Of a DNA stretch of 64,000 nucleotides, positions 51,772-64,000 are shown piece by piece. A program made the translations under genes and the position numbers. How positions within the stretch are numbered: the first letter of the stretch is position 1; each line of letters opens with the position of its first letter. Source of the DNA: Lama glama (taxonomy: Eukaryota); NCBI GenBank assembly GCA_028534125.1, contig CM052817.1, positions 85,438,001 through 85,502,000 on the forward strand, in the 5' to 3' direction. Under the pieces are notes generated by a model. The model was not told the origin of the DNA, ran no database searches, and saw nothing but the letters and a program-made list of their open reading frames with translations.

Positions 51772-54700
51772 GTTTTCTGGTGTCCAGACTTCGATGGCGT
51801 GCTGACTGTCCTTGGGCCCTTACTGTTTTCTCACAGGTGTGAATGCCAGCTTCTTGGACCCTTTGTACCCTTTCCTTATGAGGATAATGGGGATCCATGG
51901 TGGTAAGTCACATTTTCTAATCCAGTGTTCTAGACGTCTATCTGTAGAAGAGCATAAGGAGTTATGTTCTTTGATTCTTTCTGGCAAAGAGGCTTTTTTT
52001 TTTTTTTTTTGTCCTACAAGGCCTTTTCTGGTTTTCCTTTGTTTTTTAAATGAGAATTGAAGATCTTCAATCCTAAACTCCTGGATTAAGGATTATACTC
52101 AGGGATGAGGCGTTGGCTGCTTTGGCTCCTGGGATCCCACAAGGGAGTATTTGAATGGAGCTTTTCTTTAGCTCCTTTAAGAAATTATCTCAGACTTAAT
52201 TACCTAATCCCACAGGCAACCTTCAGTCTGTTGGCTCCCTCTCTCCATTTCTCACTACATGCACCACCATTAAGGTAGTAACTCACTTTAGTATATTCAA
52301 AGATGGCAACATTTTATTAAAGATCATTTAGACCTTTTGGGAACTTGGCATGCCCCCATACTGGCTTCTCTAGGTCCTCTCCCTTACTATAATCCCTGCT
52401 CCCCCTTCCTCCTCTTTACTACCTTTGACTTTCTCTTCACCTCCCTTGAATCCTTGATTTGTTTTCTTCAACACCCCTACCTCTTCCTCCAATCCTCTAC
52501 CCACACTGCCAGACTTTTTTCTCTGGGCCCATCAGCTCCTATAGGTACTCAAGCTTCATGCCACCTCCCATGTCAGGAGCTTTTGAGATGCTCAGAGACC
52601 CTAAAAACACTCATCTGAGACACAAGAAGCTAATTAGAAATGCTAGGCTGGATCTTTTATCCACTTAGATGGGCTTTGGAGATACCCAGGCAGGTACTTG
52701 CTTTCTCCTTAGTCCCTCACCCAAAATTGAGTCCACAGCCTTCATAAGTTACACATCAAGACAAAAGAAAACTTAAAGATACCATCCAATATTGTAGGGG
52801 ACACTTTAGCTCTCATGTTGACCAGGTCACCTTAACTTGTCCCATCTGCTTAAAAACACAATCTTGGTAAAAATGTGCAGGTGGAACAAAGTGGGGAGCC
52901 ATAGCCTTTATATAAAGCAGTGAGATGATTATTTTTGTGTTCATGCCTGACTCATGGCTAAAATTAAAACCTCGAAACTATACTCAAAAAATAAAAGGTG
53001 AAGCACTGTTTAAATCTGAGTGATTATAAATATGCATGCATATATTAATGTATGTATACATACATTTATGTATGTTATATATGAACTTTTTGCCCTCAGA
53101 TGGTATTACCAAATTATTGTATATAAAATTTCTCTGGAAGGAGGGCTACTCCTACTGACTTAGTGATAAACACTTATACAGATGAGATCTTCCTATAATT
53201 CCAAGATAGTAAGAAAATTGAACTTCTAATACTTTCAAAATTACTTGTATAGAAACAAACCCAAATGTATCTGCTATGTATTTTTTGCTTCTTATTTTCT
53301 ACAGTACATATAGGAGTTATATTTTCCAAGTCTGTTAATGAACATGTTCATTTTTGCCAAATTGGGAAGTTGTACTTACATGTAAATAATGGTTGTACAA
53401 AGTTGAGATGTATGTTTGTAAACTCTTCTTGTTTGCTACAAAATATTGTGTATGACAGTTCATAATTATCCACTTGGTAATTTTCTCTGTGAAATACAAG
53501 TTACTGAAGTTAAAAGTTATAATCAATATATGTAATTATGAATCTACTGGGAGAAATAATGGCAGAAAAGGACAGCTTTAGTATGCAAGGTACAGAGAAT
53601 GTGTTCTTGTTAAGGAAAAAAGTAGTTTTGTCCTAAAGTAAAATGACTGCCTCTTCCATGTTAGATATAGAAAGTTGTAGAACGTTTGCAGAGTATGTGT
53701 ATCCATATGAACAGTGATTTCAACCTTTTTTTTTTCACTTTTAAAATTTTACATTAACTTCTTCATTTGGTTGTATTTAATTACGATTTTTTTATCAGAT
53801 ATTTATGAAAGTCACAATTATTATTATTCACTTAAAGTTCCTTTGGCTGGAATGTCATTTGAGAATGATACTCATTTAATCAGATACGACCAGACAGCTT
53901 TAAGGAAATAATGTTGTTATTATTTTTTTAAAATGGAGCCAATGATTACAAAGCCCTTTTGGAAAAACTGGCCTGCTATCTGGCCTTCAGGGTTTTCAGT
54001 CTTACAGGGAAAATAAAGAAGATCATTTCCTGGAAAACCTAGGAATCTTAGGATATCTTGGTGTGACCTAGGGAAAGGAAGAATTCACCCAAGTTTATAA
54101 GTATTGCAAGTGAAAATTGATTGCATATTCTTGGCTCTTGAGGTTAGGAAGCTAAGCCTTTCAAAAGTTCAGTCTGCTATTTCTTGTAAAAACTTCTGGC
54201 AAAGCAAACTTGGAAAGGTTCCTATAAGTATGCCTCATTTTATTATGCTTCACAAATGTTGCATTTTTTACAAATTGAAGGTTTGTGGCAACGCTATGTG
54301 GAGGAAGTTTATATGTGCCGTTTTTCCAACACCATTTGCTCACTTTGTCACATTTTGGTAATTTTTGCAATATTTCAAACTTTATCATTGTTATTATATT
54401 TGTTATGGTGATCTGTGATCAGTGACATTTGTTGCAAAAGGATATGACTCACTGAAGACCCAGATGATGGTTAGCACTGTTAGCAATAAGGTATTTTTAA
54501 ATCAAAGTATGTACATTGTTAGATAAAAGTCTATTACACTTTACTTAATGGACTTTATAACTTTCATATGCACTGGGAAACCCCCCCAAAAAACTCACGT
54601 GTCTCACCTTTTTGAACATTCACTTTACTGTGCTGGTCTGCAATAGAACTGACAATATCTCTGAGGTATGCCTGTATAGGAAATTACCATTCTTGCTAGA

Positions 54701-55150
54701 CATATTTAAATGGCCATACCAAATTTAATGAGACTGTCCTTATATTGTGATCAAGAGTAATCTTCCCTTGAGATTATCTTTGATCAAGGTGAAGAAGGCT
54801 GTCTAGACAGATTTCAGTAGAAAACTATAGCATGTCTTCCTGGGTTATATTCTGGTCCTATTCATTGTCTTGGGCTAATTTTGCTACTGTTTGCAAATTG
54901 CAGGTAACTGATGGGTATGCAAACTTTTTCTTATAGAAATTCAAATGACTCTTTCCTGGGAAAAACAAGTTTTGTGACCTAATTATAAATTAGATTGGAT
55001 CCTGTCACCATGCACGAATTGGAAACCCGCATCAAATTTTTACTTCTTCCATTGCGCTTCAATATCTGGCTACTATTCTCCAAACAAGTATTCCTAATTT
55101 TTCTCTCTCCTTCCTACATCTGTCATCACAGACAAAACCTAACTGCCCAT
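51772..55150 (+). mobile_element. Non-coding, internally deleted ERV1 internal region (MER31-int/MER4-group-like)
   Basis: 'gttttctggtgtcc' directly after the LTR; MER4-group text 'gttttgtcctaaagtaaaatgactg', 'ccagacagctttaagga', 'gaattcacccaag'. No gag/pol/env ORF. Confidence 0.75.
54225..54674 (+). mobile_element. Complete short Tigger1 derivative (Tigger1a-type MITE) inserted in the provirus
   Basis: TA flanks at 54223-54224 and 54675-54676; TIRs 'taagtatgcctc' (degenerate) and 'gaggtatgcctg'; Tigger1 text 'acaaattgaaggtttgtggcaac'. Confidence 0.9.
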
Positions 55151-55154
55151 ATCC

Positions 55155-55403
55155 AGAATCGCCCCTCCAGAGCATCATGACTGCAGAGAGAAACATTCCT
55201 GTCAACTGTCCTATCTTGACAACCTGCTCATCTAATTTCCCACACCTGTTTCTTTTTAGGCTTGTTTACTCACTATTAAAGAATCCTTTCTTTCTGACCT
55301 AAGAGGCTTACATATATCTTATGGTTGGAGCATTTCCTCTATTGTAGTAGCCTTTTTGAGTTGTCTCTCCTTATATAAGTCTGAATTTATTTTTCATTTG
55401 ACA
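55155..55403 (+). mobile_element. MER67-type 3' LTR (3' part only)
   Basis: Homologous to 51540-51771: 'aaacattcctg...acctgctcatc...cttgtttactc...tcttatggttggagcatttcctctattgtagtag...tttgaca'. Confidence 0.8.
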
Positions 55404-55459
55404 CTATCTTTCATTATATTCCTTTTACCTGTAATCATCTTATCTTTCTTTCATCTACA

Positions 55460-55710
55460 ATTGAAATCCTCCACATATTTAAAACTGAAATCAAAAGTCA
55501 CATATCTGTGGAGCTTTCTCTGATCTCCTAATCAGAATTAATTTCAAGTTGTTATATTTGATCTTGTATTTATCACTTAATCATTATCTTTATAAGAATT
55601 GTTAGCGAATTTTGTGCCAAATTCTTAATTTCTTAAAACCAGGGAACTTATATTAGTCACTTACTTTTTAATAGTTCCTTGAAGAGGATAGATACTCAAT
55701 AAATGTGTTT
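55460..55710 (+). mobile_element. L2 3' end
   Basis: 'aaagtcacatatctgtggagctttctctgatc...tagatactcaataaatg'. Confidence 0.55.
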
Positions 55711-56990
55711 TTCCATGTAGTCTCTAGCTATACCGAGTTCTATTATTATTTAAGGGAAGAGAAAATATCAGTAGGCAACTATGTGTGTCTGTCCCTAAAG
55801 CCAAAACAATCAGACGAGGAACTTGTAGTGATTTACATCAGTGTGGAGTGATTTAAATCAGTATGGAGTAGGTATACCTACAAATAATCTATATATTTTC
55901 AGCACCAATTCAGCCTAGGATCTACAAGAAAAGGATATGGCAAAAGAAGGATAAAATGCACAGTAGAGTAAGAACAACTTGATCTGCCTAGGCCTGATAA
56001 TTTGACAGTTCAGAAGGGCCTGCGGAGATATTCAGAGTAGCATTAATTATTATCCTGGAATTGGATGAGTTAAACACACACACACAAAATAAAGCAAGCA
56101 CATTAGATTTCTAGTTTCAAAGTTCCATTTCTGACTAGAGCTACATCACCCACCAGAGACTTAACACTTAAAACTGAGACTAGATTATTTAGGAATTACT
56201 TAATATATTAAAAGGCAAAACTACAATGCTTCAGTAAAGATAGTTTGTTCTTTTAAGTTTGCAAAAACTCCAAAAAGATGGAGATGAAAAACTACAGTAT
56301 GATAAGGCAGAACAATAATTTTCTAATTTGCCTGTTTAAAATGAACACAATTTTCAAAGTCTAAGAATCATTCTATTAATTAACATTGTGACTGTGTTAT
56401 CCTTTGAGCAATGATCTTTCATTTGGCCTTACCATTATTTTGCTATAAAATACTGAACTTAACCATAATATCCTTAGACCTTGAATTTTAATATAAAACG
56501 CTAGAATTTTTTTCCAAAATCTGACTAAACCCAATTTTTATTCATTTAATTAAAACTAAAATTATACTCAATTATTCTTTTAATTTTACCTATTTTAGTA
56601 ATAATCATGACTTGCCACTCATCTAATAGAGTAATTTCTATTTATGATTACATCAGTGAAATGTCAAAATAATCCATTTGGTTAGAAGATACAGTAAGCT
56701 TTCAGAAGTTATTGAAAGGTTATGAACAAAATGTTCAACTTTCTACAAATTATTTTGAAGTTCTTTGGAGCATGTATTCAGATATTCTTAATTTTTCAAA
56801 ACTTGAATATTAAGCAAATGAATCAATGGGCTCCTGATAACTTAGGAAATGGTAACTGTTTTATAAGATATTGGTAATAGTAACATAAGATAATGGATAT
56901 TCTTTTGGGTTTCTCCCATATAATCTACTTCAGAAAAATTACAGAGCAATAGAGAAGTATAGGTTTGAATGATTAATACTTAAGAGCAAG

Positions 56991-57030
56991 ACAGCTGGGA
57001 GATCAAAGACAGCTTTGATCTCCCAGCTGT
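56991..57030. repeat. Perfect 18-bp inverted repeat with 4-nt loop
   Basis: acagctgggagatcaaag - acag - ctttgatctcccagctgt. Confidence 0.97.
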
Positions 57031-57429
57031 TTAAGGACATGTTTAAGTGTGTATGGGTGTGGGGTGCCAGGCAGATGGCTTAGTAGCTTGTGGGTTAACA
57101 ACATCCTGGGAGAAAAGTGAATTGCAGTAGAAGGCTAGAATGGGAGAGAGTTTTACAATGCTGATCTTAGAATCACATTATCTTGGAAATGGCAGTACTT
57201 GCCATCGCCACAGAACTATCTGGCTATGTCCTAAGAACACGCCCTGCTGGCCTGAATTGCTAATGGAACAAGTGCAGGAGAAGACAAGAAGTTCATTGCT
57301 CCATGTCCACCTCCTCTAAACCCAAAGATTGGTGTTATGCTTCTTAGGTACAAAGTTTTTTTTTCTTGAGTTCTTTTTCTAAGAGTAATTTTTTCTTAAA
57401 TCAGAAATTGCTAATTATCTCCTAGGATC

Positions 57430-57840
57430 TATTAGGCTCTCTTCCCTGTAATAATAGAGCCACCTGAATTGTAGCAGGGCACAAGTCTGCTTCAGTAGAT
57501 GCTGTGTTCCTAGCTTCCTTTGCAACTAGATGTGGCCACGTGATGGAATTCTGGTCAATAGAATATAAATGGAAGTTTCTGTTTTCATAACGGAAAACTT
57601 CTGGTTCTCCCCATGTCCTCTTTTCTTGCTGGCATAAAAATTACAACATATGTAGCAACTGACTTGGATGCAGGATCGCCTTTTATCCGTAGTCTTTCAA
57701 TGACTTTGTGGTGAAGAAATATCTTCACTAGACAACTCCCATTTGACAAGTAAGTGGAAAAGGAACAATTCTTTCATGTAGAAGTTATCATAACCTTGAG
57801 TCTCCTTGGTACAGAAACCTAACCTAGACCCTGTAATTCA
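57430..57840 (+). mobile_element. MaLR LTR (MLT1J-like)
   Basis: 'ttcctagcttcctttgcaactagatgtggccacgtgatggaattctggtcaatagaatataa'. Confidence 0.75.
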
Positions 57841-58049
57841 GGGTATAAGGAGGAATTGAAGACAAAAGAGTAGTTAGGTAGAATGGTTAAGGCATGACAT
57901 TTATCAAAAGGTTTTCAAGTTTCCTGAGATTCTTGAACCTGGGGCCTATCCCTCTGTCTCTTAGTTCACTAGGAAGGACACAACTAGGACTTACCTCCTA
58001 TAATAGAGTCACCAAAAAGGTTAGGTGATACCACCAGGGGAACAGAAAC

Positions 58050-59300
58050 TCACAAAGCAAAATGATAATATCTGGGAAGTAAACCCACTGTAAAGAAAAA
58101 TAGCATATGTAACATGATGCTGAATTTTTGGAACAGACAGAATAAGAATTTAATTTTAATAAATTTATGAAAGTTTGTTATATAAGAATATCAGTAATCA
58201 AAAAAACAAATGGTTACAAAGAAATTTTACTATGGTTGACAAGTTTAATTCTGATTAGAGATAATTAAAGAATGAGTAAATGAACAGAAAAATAATATTT
58301 AAAACATTTTAAAGGCAGCAGGAAAAGACACTGAAATAAATACTAAGAAACCAGGGAGAGAGAGAAGTAGAATTGCCAGCACTTAAACATAGACTACCAA
58401 AGTGAAAGCAAATGTTTGAAGAAATGATGATAGTAAACTTGTGAAATTAATAAAGTTTAACATATAGTGATACAACGTAGAATGCCAAACTCCCTAGTGA
58501 AAGGAAATCTATTTAGAATCAGCATGTTATAATAAAATTTAAGTTTGTCTGTATTAAAATTTATTTGTCAAAGACAAAGAGCAAATTCTAGAAACTTTGA
58601 AAGTAAGAGGATGTTTGCACATTTTTCCTGATAAAGGGAGAAATAACTAACAGTAGCTATTCACTCTATGAAGTTAGTATAATCTTGAACAAGACAGAGA
58701 CAATACAGAAGGAAACTTATAGATCTGATTCTATAATGAATACAAACGAGAAACCCCTAGATAAAACAATACTTGAGTGACTTAAGTGAATCCAACAGTG
58801 TACTAAAGTTAATGCCTCATAGTCATATAAAAGTTACCACCCCAAATCTTTTGCTGATTCAACATAAAAACTATTGGTGTTATAATTTACCACATTAATG
58901 AATTAAAAAGAAAGAGTGTATATCACAGATGTAAATAAAGATTTTGATGAAGATCAATACTTTGAAAAAACAACAGTATAAAGAAGGAAACTTCTAATAT
59001 GGCAAGAATTATGTTATGTACCAATACCTATATGGACACATTCTATTTAAGAACAAGAGGAAGACAGAGATTCTCATTAGCATAGTCACTCTTTAACTTA
59101 ATACTGAATGTCTTATGGTATAAGGATAATAGAAAGAAGAGAGAGTGTAAGGGAGAAAGAGAAGACAGAAATATGGAGAGAGAATAAAAAAAGAAAAGAA
59201 AGGAATTAGGAATTAGCGTATAAGGATTGAAAGGGGTTGGATTGAAATGTCATCATTTGCTAATGAGATAATCTACACAGAAAAAACTGATAAGACAGTG
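58050..59300 (+). mobile_element. Old L1 ORF1 and ORF2 fragments
   Basis: 'atgtttgaagaaatgatgatagtaaactt' (IFEEIMAENF-like), 'tcactctatgaagttagtataatcttg' (SFYEASITL), 'tcatcatttgctaatgagataat' (LFADDMI). Confidence 0.75.
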
Positions 59301-59329
59301 GAGAAGTAGTATATTTATACAGAAATCTG

Positions 59330-59790
59330 AGGTCTGGAATTGTCCTAAGGGAGCATGATAAAGTGAGCTATTTCTGAAAAGAAACTGTTTTATAGTGCAA
59401 TAATAGAAAATAATTGACTTGAAGTTAAATAATTCTCTTTCCCATCCATATGTGGACGGAGTGTTGGGTAGCAATGGCTGAGAGCAGTGCCAGTGCTGTT
59501 TTTACTAGAGTGGTCCAAGAGTGTGCTGGGAATTTTTTCTAGCACTTTTGGCCAGGTTTTATCGTCATCTGGGAGACTACAGTTCATATACTATCCCATA
59601 TAAAATTATTTTATAAATAAAGAGTAGTCTCTGAAACTGAAAACAGTGACCCGTATGATTATTCGTACCAGTGTTGAAAGTAAGGCTTTGATTCACTAAG
59701 GATGTGAGGAATGCAAGACATGTTGCCTGGCTGATTCTAACAATACTGGGGAAGCTCAAAAAAGGAAAAAGGATGGCTTCAGGTGTCACA
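59330..59790 (+). mobile_element. Possible ancient LTR (Gypsy-type, LTR81/MamGypLTR-like), 3' part
   Basis: AATAAA near 59616 followed by a terminus '...aggtgtcaca'; family not securely recognised. Confidence 0.3.
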
Positions 59791-60629
59791 CTCAAGAAAA
59801 CTCAGGGTCAGGAAACTAGGAAAACTTTTTTTTCCTTTTAGCTATGGGAGTTAAGTCCTTGAAAATGTGATTCATAGTTTTACCATGCATGTCCCTGAAA
59901 TACAGCATATGTTGAATTCAAAGCCTCATCAATTCTCTTACATAAAAATAAATACATTGTTTGCTATCGAGTGGGATTCCAAAATTCAAATGGACCCACT
60001 TAGCATAATTGAAGGAAATCTGTTCTAAGGTGACTTTCTGTGTCTAATCAAACTAGTAGCTGTGAAGTTCACTTACTACAATGTATTTCAAATCTTCACT
60101 CACTAAGAAAGCTACTAAATGAAATATAAGATGAAAACATTTTTAAAATTGTACCTCTGTGCCTACTGATTTTATTTATTTGAGCTGTTTGTACTCAGAA
60201 TTTTAATGAGAACACATCTATATGATAGTATTTTACTCTAAAATCTATACCTTTAACTGCATAAACTGTAATTTGATTTAAGTTTCAAAATTTATTTCAA
60301 ATGTTAAAATGACATATTAACACAGGAATATGTGAGTAATAAAGTAAGCATCTGAAATGCAAAGATAATATAAATGCTTCATTAATTAACCAAAAGGAAT
60401 ATGAGAATTAGTTCTTAAATCAGAGCTTTTTACTCATAGTATATAGTTGCAATAAAACAAATGGAAGTAATAAGATTATTTCATAAATAAACTGTAATTC
60501 AACCAAAATGTTTCTTAGTTTAGTGGCATGAGCATTGCTTGGAAATCAGGGTTTTATAAATATATCTCAGAAATGATTACATTTTACACTGCTACAAACA
60601 CTTTGTTTTTTAAGCATTAACTCTTAACC

Positions 60630-61200
60630 CTTTAATCTACCTTCCAGAAGTACAAACCAGAGTGTCCTCCTCATATATTTCTAAGTGTGTTCTACCCATG
60701 CTTAAAATTCTTCAGTAACTTTCTATTATTATTAAGATAAACTAAAATTCCCTCTGTATCCTACAAGGTCTTGCATGACTTGTTAACCTATCTATACTTA
60801 TGTTTCACTGTTTTCCTTTGCTTTAAACTGCTGTTCTGCTATTTCACTTCCTCCAGTACTGTAGGTCTCAACCTCCAGTGGAACTTTGTACAGTTTCCTG
60901 AAACTTTTCACTCTCCCTCCTCGAATTTGGTAACCTGTTCTTTTACTTTCTCAGAAATAGCCTTTCCTGAATTTTCAAACTAATCTGTATTTCTCTATTA
61001 TATGTTCTCATAGCATCTTTTTTTTGTGTGTGTGGCACTTATTTTCTCTCTGTGATGTTTGATAAAGGCTGTCTCCAATTATACTGAGTTCTATGACTAT
61101 AGAATCCTGTGTTGTTGTTAATCGTGAACTGAATGCCCATAGTTATACCTGTAAATAGTTGGTACTTAATTAATATTATTTCTGCTTAAAGAAGTGAATT
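60630..61200 (+). mobile_element. L2 3' region
   Basis: 'catgcttaaaattcttcagtaactttctatt...ctacaaggtcttgcatgact...tagttggtacttaattaatatt'. Confidence 0.7.
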
Positions 61201-62239
61201 TTAACATCACCTATTTATGTTTGTTAACATTACAAATCCAAATCACCTTTTAAAAAATTATATATATATGGTGCTGTTTACTAATGTAGGTGGTATCCCA
61301 TGGAAATGTTATGCCCTGACGTTTTTGTTTTCTTCTGTCCTGCCTGATATCTTCATAGCTCTTATAAAAGGCTAAGCTCAACTACAGTTGTTGTTACCCA
61401 ATTTTTTTCATTAACAGATATAAGTTAAAAGTCAAGAACTATCACTTAGTGCAATTTAATGAGAATATCTTGTGGGATTAATCTGAAAAAGAACCCACTG
61501 ATGGGGTGACCATATATAGAAAGGAAAGTAGATGAAATTTGTTCTTTTTAAAGCTAAACAGCAATCTAGTTGAGAGAAAAGCAATTTAACTTATTAGCTG
61601 ATAAATGTTTATTGAGCTCTTACTATGTTCCTCACATTGAGGACACAGTGATGAAGAACATAATTTGTGTCAGATACAGGATTTAGCTTACTCTCATAAG
61701 CTAAATTTGATACTAGATCTTAGAGTAGAATTAAAAGTCATACTAAAATGTTCAGCAGATTTGTGAAGGAAAGAAGTTCTAGATGGAAGTAAATGTGGAT
61801 TGCTGTTATAAGTGGTTTGCACAGTACCATGTAAACAATTGTTTAAGAAGTACATTTATGTTTGTTGAAAGGGTAAGTTAAATTATAAGAAATACAAAGA
61901 TCAGAGCAAAGAACATCTGTATCATGACTGGATGGTTGGAAATTAGGATGGCCAGAAAGAGAAGAAAGAACTTGGACAATAAGCAAAGAAATTATAAGAT
62001 AATTTATATCCATAGATATCTAAGGTTTAGGAAAGGGTTTTAGGTTAATAAAGAGAAGTAGTTCCAGACAATGGAAGAAGATTAGAAATTACTTAAATTA
62101 GGCTATGCTTGTTTACCCTCATAAATCTTCTTGTAGGAAGTTAGTATCAAAACCCACTTTTTAACTTCTATGCGTATATAACTGAGATAAGGACAGATTT
62201 GAGAGAGGATGATCGAAGGTAGAAAAAAGTACTTCTATT

Positions 62240-62697
62240 TCTTTCAGGGTTGCTAATTGCAGATCACAGAATTCCCTGTAGCTGGTTTAAGCATGACTGG
62301 ATTTTATAGGATGGTACTCATCTTAAAATTTTCTCTAGGAGGCTAGGGATCAGGTTTCTGTGCTAACCAATCAGCAACCAATTGAGCCAGGAGAAACACT
62401 AAACTGCACACAGAAACCGTTGCTAAAGGTGTTAAAGAGGCCACATGCTGGAGACCAGTCACCAGGACTGCCTCAGCAGTATGAAAAGCCTCTGACAGGA
62501 TCTTCTCTCTGGGAGCCGATGCCTCTTCACATTCTTCACACTGCCCTGCTTTGTTGAAATTAATAAACATATCTACATACCAGCTCCAAGTAAATTTGGA
62601 AACTTTAGTCTGTAGCTGTCTAGTGTTTAGATTATGAGCAGATATGCTTGAAGGGTTTGGAAGGATATGGAAAGAGCCAAACAGTTTTATCTTCCAT
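62240..62697 (-). mobile_element. Old MaLR LTR (MLT1M/N-like)
   Basis: 'ttcagggttgctaattgcagatcacagaattccctgtagctggtttaagca' is an antisense MLT1 3' end. Confidence 0.55.
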
Positions 62698-62799
62698 AAC
62701 TTGGCATTGTTTGACTCTGTTTATCAGGACTCCTGCATTATAGGAAATGAATCTAGTATGAAATACATTATGAAGAGCATTCCAAAAAACCTCTCGAGT

Positions 62800-63320
62800 T
62801 AGGATTCTAAGATAAGTGACACAAATTAGAGGTTGCCCAAGCAGACCACAATAAGTTAGAATTTGTTAATTTCTCTGGATGGCTATAGGAAAGAGGGATG
62901 TTATGGGCAGGGCGAATATAAAATTGATGTATTTAAATAATGGATGATTTTAGTGAGCTTAATATACAAAATGTCAAAGAGTAATTTTAAAGAAACAATT
63001 ATTTAGCTCCTAAATTCTAGAGGAAAAGGGTGACAGATCAGTAGGTCTCAAGGAGATTATGAAGGCAAAGCTCTCAGGATTTGTATTATTTCATTGGGAT
63101 CTTTAATTAGCATGAATTGGCAGACTCCGTCTGGATTGAAAGCCTGGGAAGATGGTAATTCAGGAGGATACAAGAGACACAGAGTTTGTAGATTCAGTTT
63201 ATATATAAACCAAACTTACTGTGGGAGAGGCAAATATTGATTGTGTTTGAGAGAGAAATCAACTGAACAGTTGCTGGAGATCACTCAAGGTAAGGCTTAT
63301 CATAAATTTGGCTAGCTTGT
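62800..63320 (+). mobile_element. Probable CR1/L3 ORF2 endonuclease fossil
   Basis: Ordered degenerate motifs: LDGYR (62875-62889), IGIFN resembling MGDFN (63093-63107), YITKLTVGEANIDCV resembling V.EPTRGEAILDLV (63203-63247). Confidence 0.45.
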
Positions 63321-63546
63321 TAATTAGATGTCAGTAGGTAGTAAAATACATTAATGGCTTTAGCTTTACCTAAGCGTGTTCTAGAAAGGCTTACTTTGCA
63401 AACCTAATGTTCCTTGGAGTCTTCCTATTGTTTCTTGAACCTGGTGTAAAGTATAAATCTGAATTATTCCAGGAATAGCAGCCTACATGGATATGATACT
63501 GGAAGAGAACCTTTGTAAACCTATAGTTGTCTTAATTATACCAAAT

Positions 63547-64000
63547 GATTCATTCACTCAAAAAATAATTAATGACTACACTTTCTAGGCACTGTGGTAA
63601 AATAGCAAACAAAATGATGTCCCTGCTATCTTGGCAGAATAGAAATGGGAGACTGACAAACAAACATACATACATAATGTCAGATGACAATGTGTGCTAT
63701 AAAGAAAATTGAGACAGAGGGGTACATGGGGATTGGTATTTGATATAGGGTTTTCAGGACAAGCCTTGCTGCTATAGAATCAATGGGGTTGAGACCTGAA
63801 GGATGTGAGCTAATAAGATACCTGAATGTCTAAGGGAATAGAATTTTCTGTAAAAGAGAAATAAAGGCAAAAAACCTGAAACAAAAGCGAGCTTCTCATG
63901 GACTGGTATAAACAAGGATGCTTATGTGGCTACAGTATAGAAGAAGAGAGAAGAAATAAAGTAGAAAACTAGCAGAAGGCCAGATTAAGATCTCTGAGAT
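63547..64000 (-). mobile_element. L2 (L2a-like) 3' end, continues beyond the window
   Basis: 'attcattcactcaaaaaataattaatgactacactttctaggcactgtg...tgtcagatgacaatgtgtgctataaagaaaa'. Confidence 0.8.

Noticed and set aside
56991..57030. Hairpin as a pre-miRNA
   Set aside because: The 18-bp perfect stem with a 4-nt loop is too short, and a template switch explains it better.
1..64000. CRISPR array, prokaryotic operon or novel defence system
   Set aside because: The sequence is mammalian repeat-rich DNA with no repeat-spacer array and no intact genes.

Overview
AT-rich, CpG-depleted mammalian nuclear DNA, either intergenic or deep intronic. It is very probably camelid (alpaca/llama/camel), based on a vic-1-type tRNA-Ala SINE and camelid-type L1 3' ends. 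No intact protein-coding gene, RNA gene, CpG island or CRISPR-like system is visible, and essentially all ORFs in the track are spurious or decayed transposon frames. The window is a mosaic of L1, L2, MIR and probable CR1 fragments, MaLR/ERVL/ERV1 LTRs and Tigger DNA transposons. It also holds an ERVL gag-protease fossil, a deleted MER67-type ERV1 provirus, a 500-N gap, and a 5'-truncated RPL24 processed pseudogene that the ORF track missed. I found no convincing new biological system. The most interesting signals are DNA-repair or template-switch scars: a 36-nt LTR piece copied into a (TA)n tract, about 150 nt of host flank copied into the provirus, a perfect 18-bp hairpin, and a 114-bp AT-rich palindrome. 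Two independent camelid L1 insertions also share the same 5' end, and there is one candidate 78-nt frame-preserving exon. Repeat subfamily names are from remembered consensus sequences, and boundaries of old repeats are approximate.
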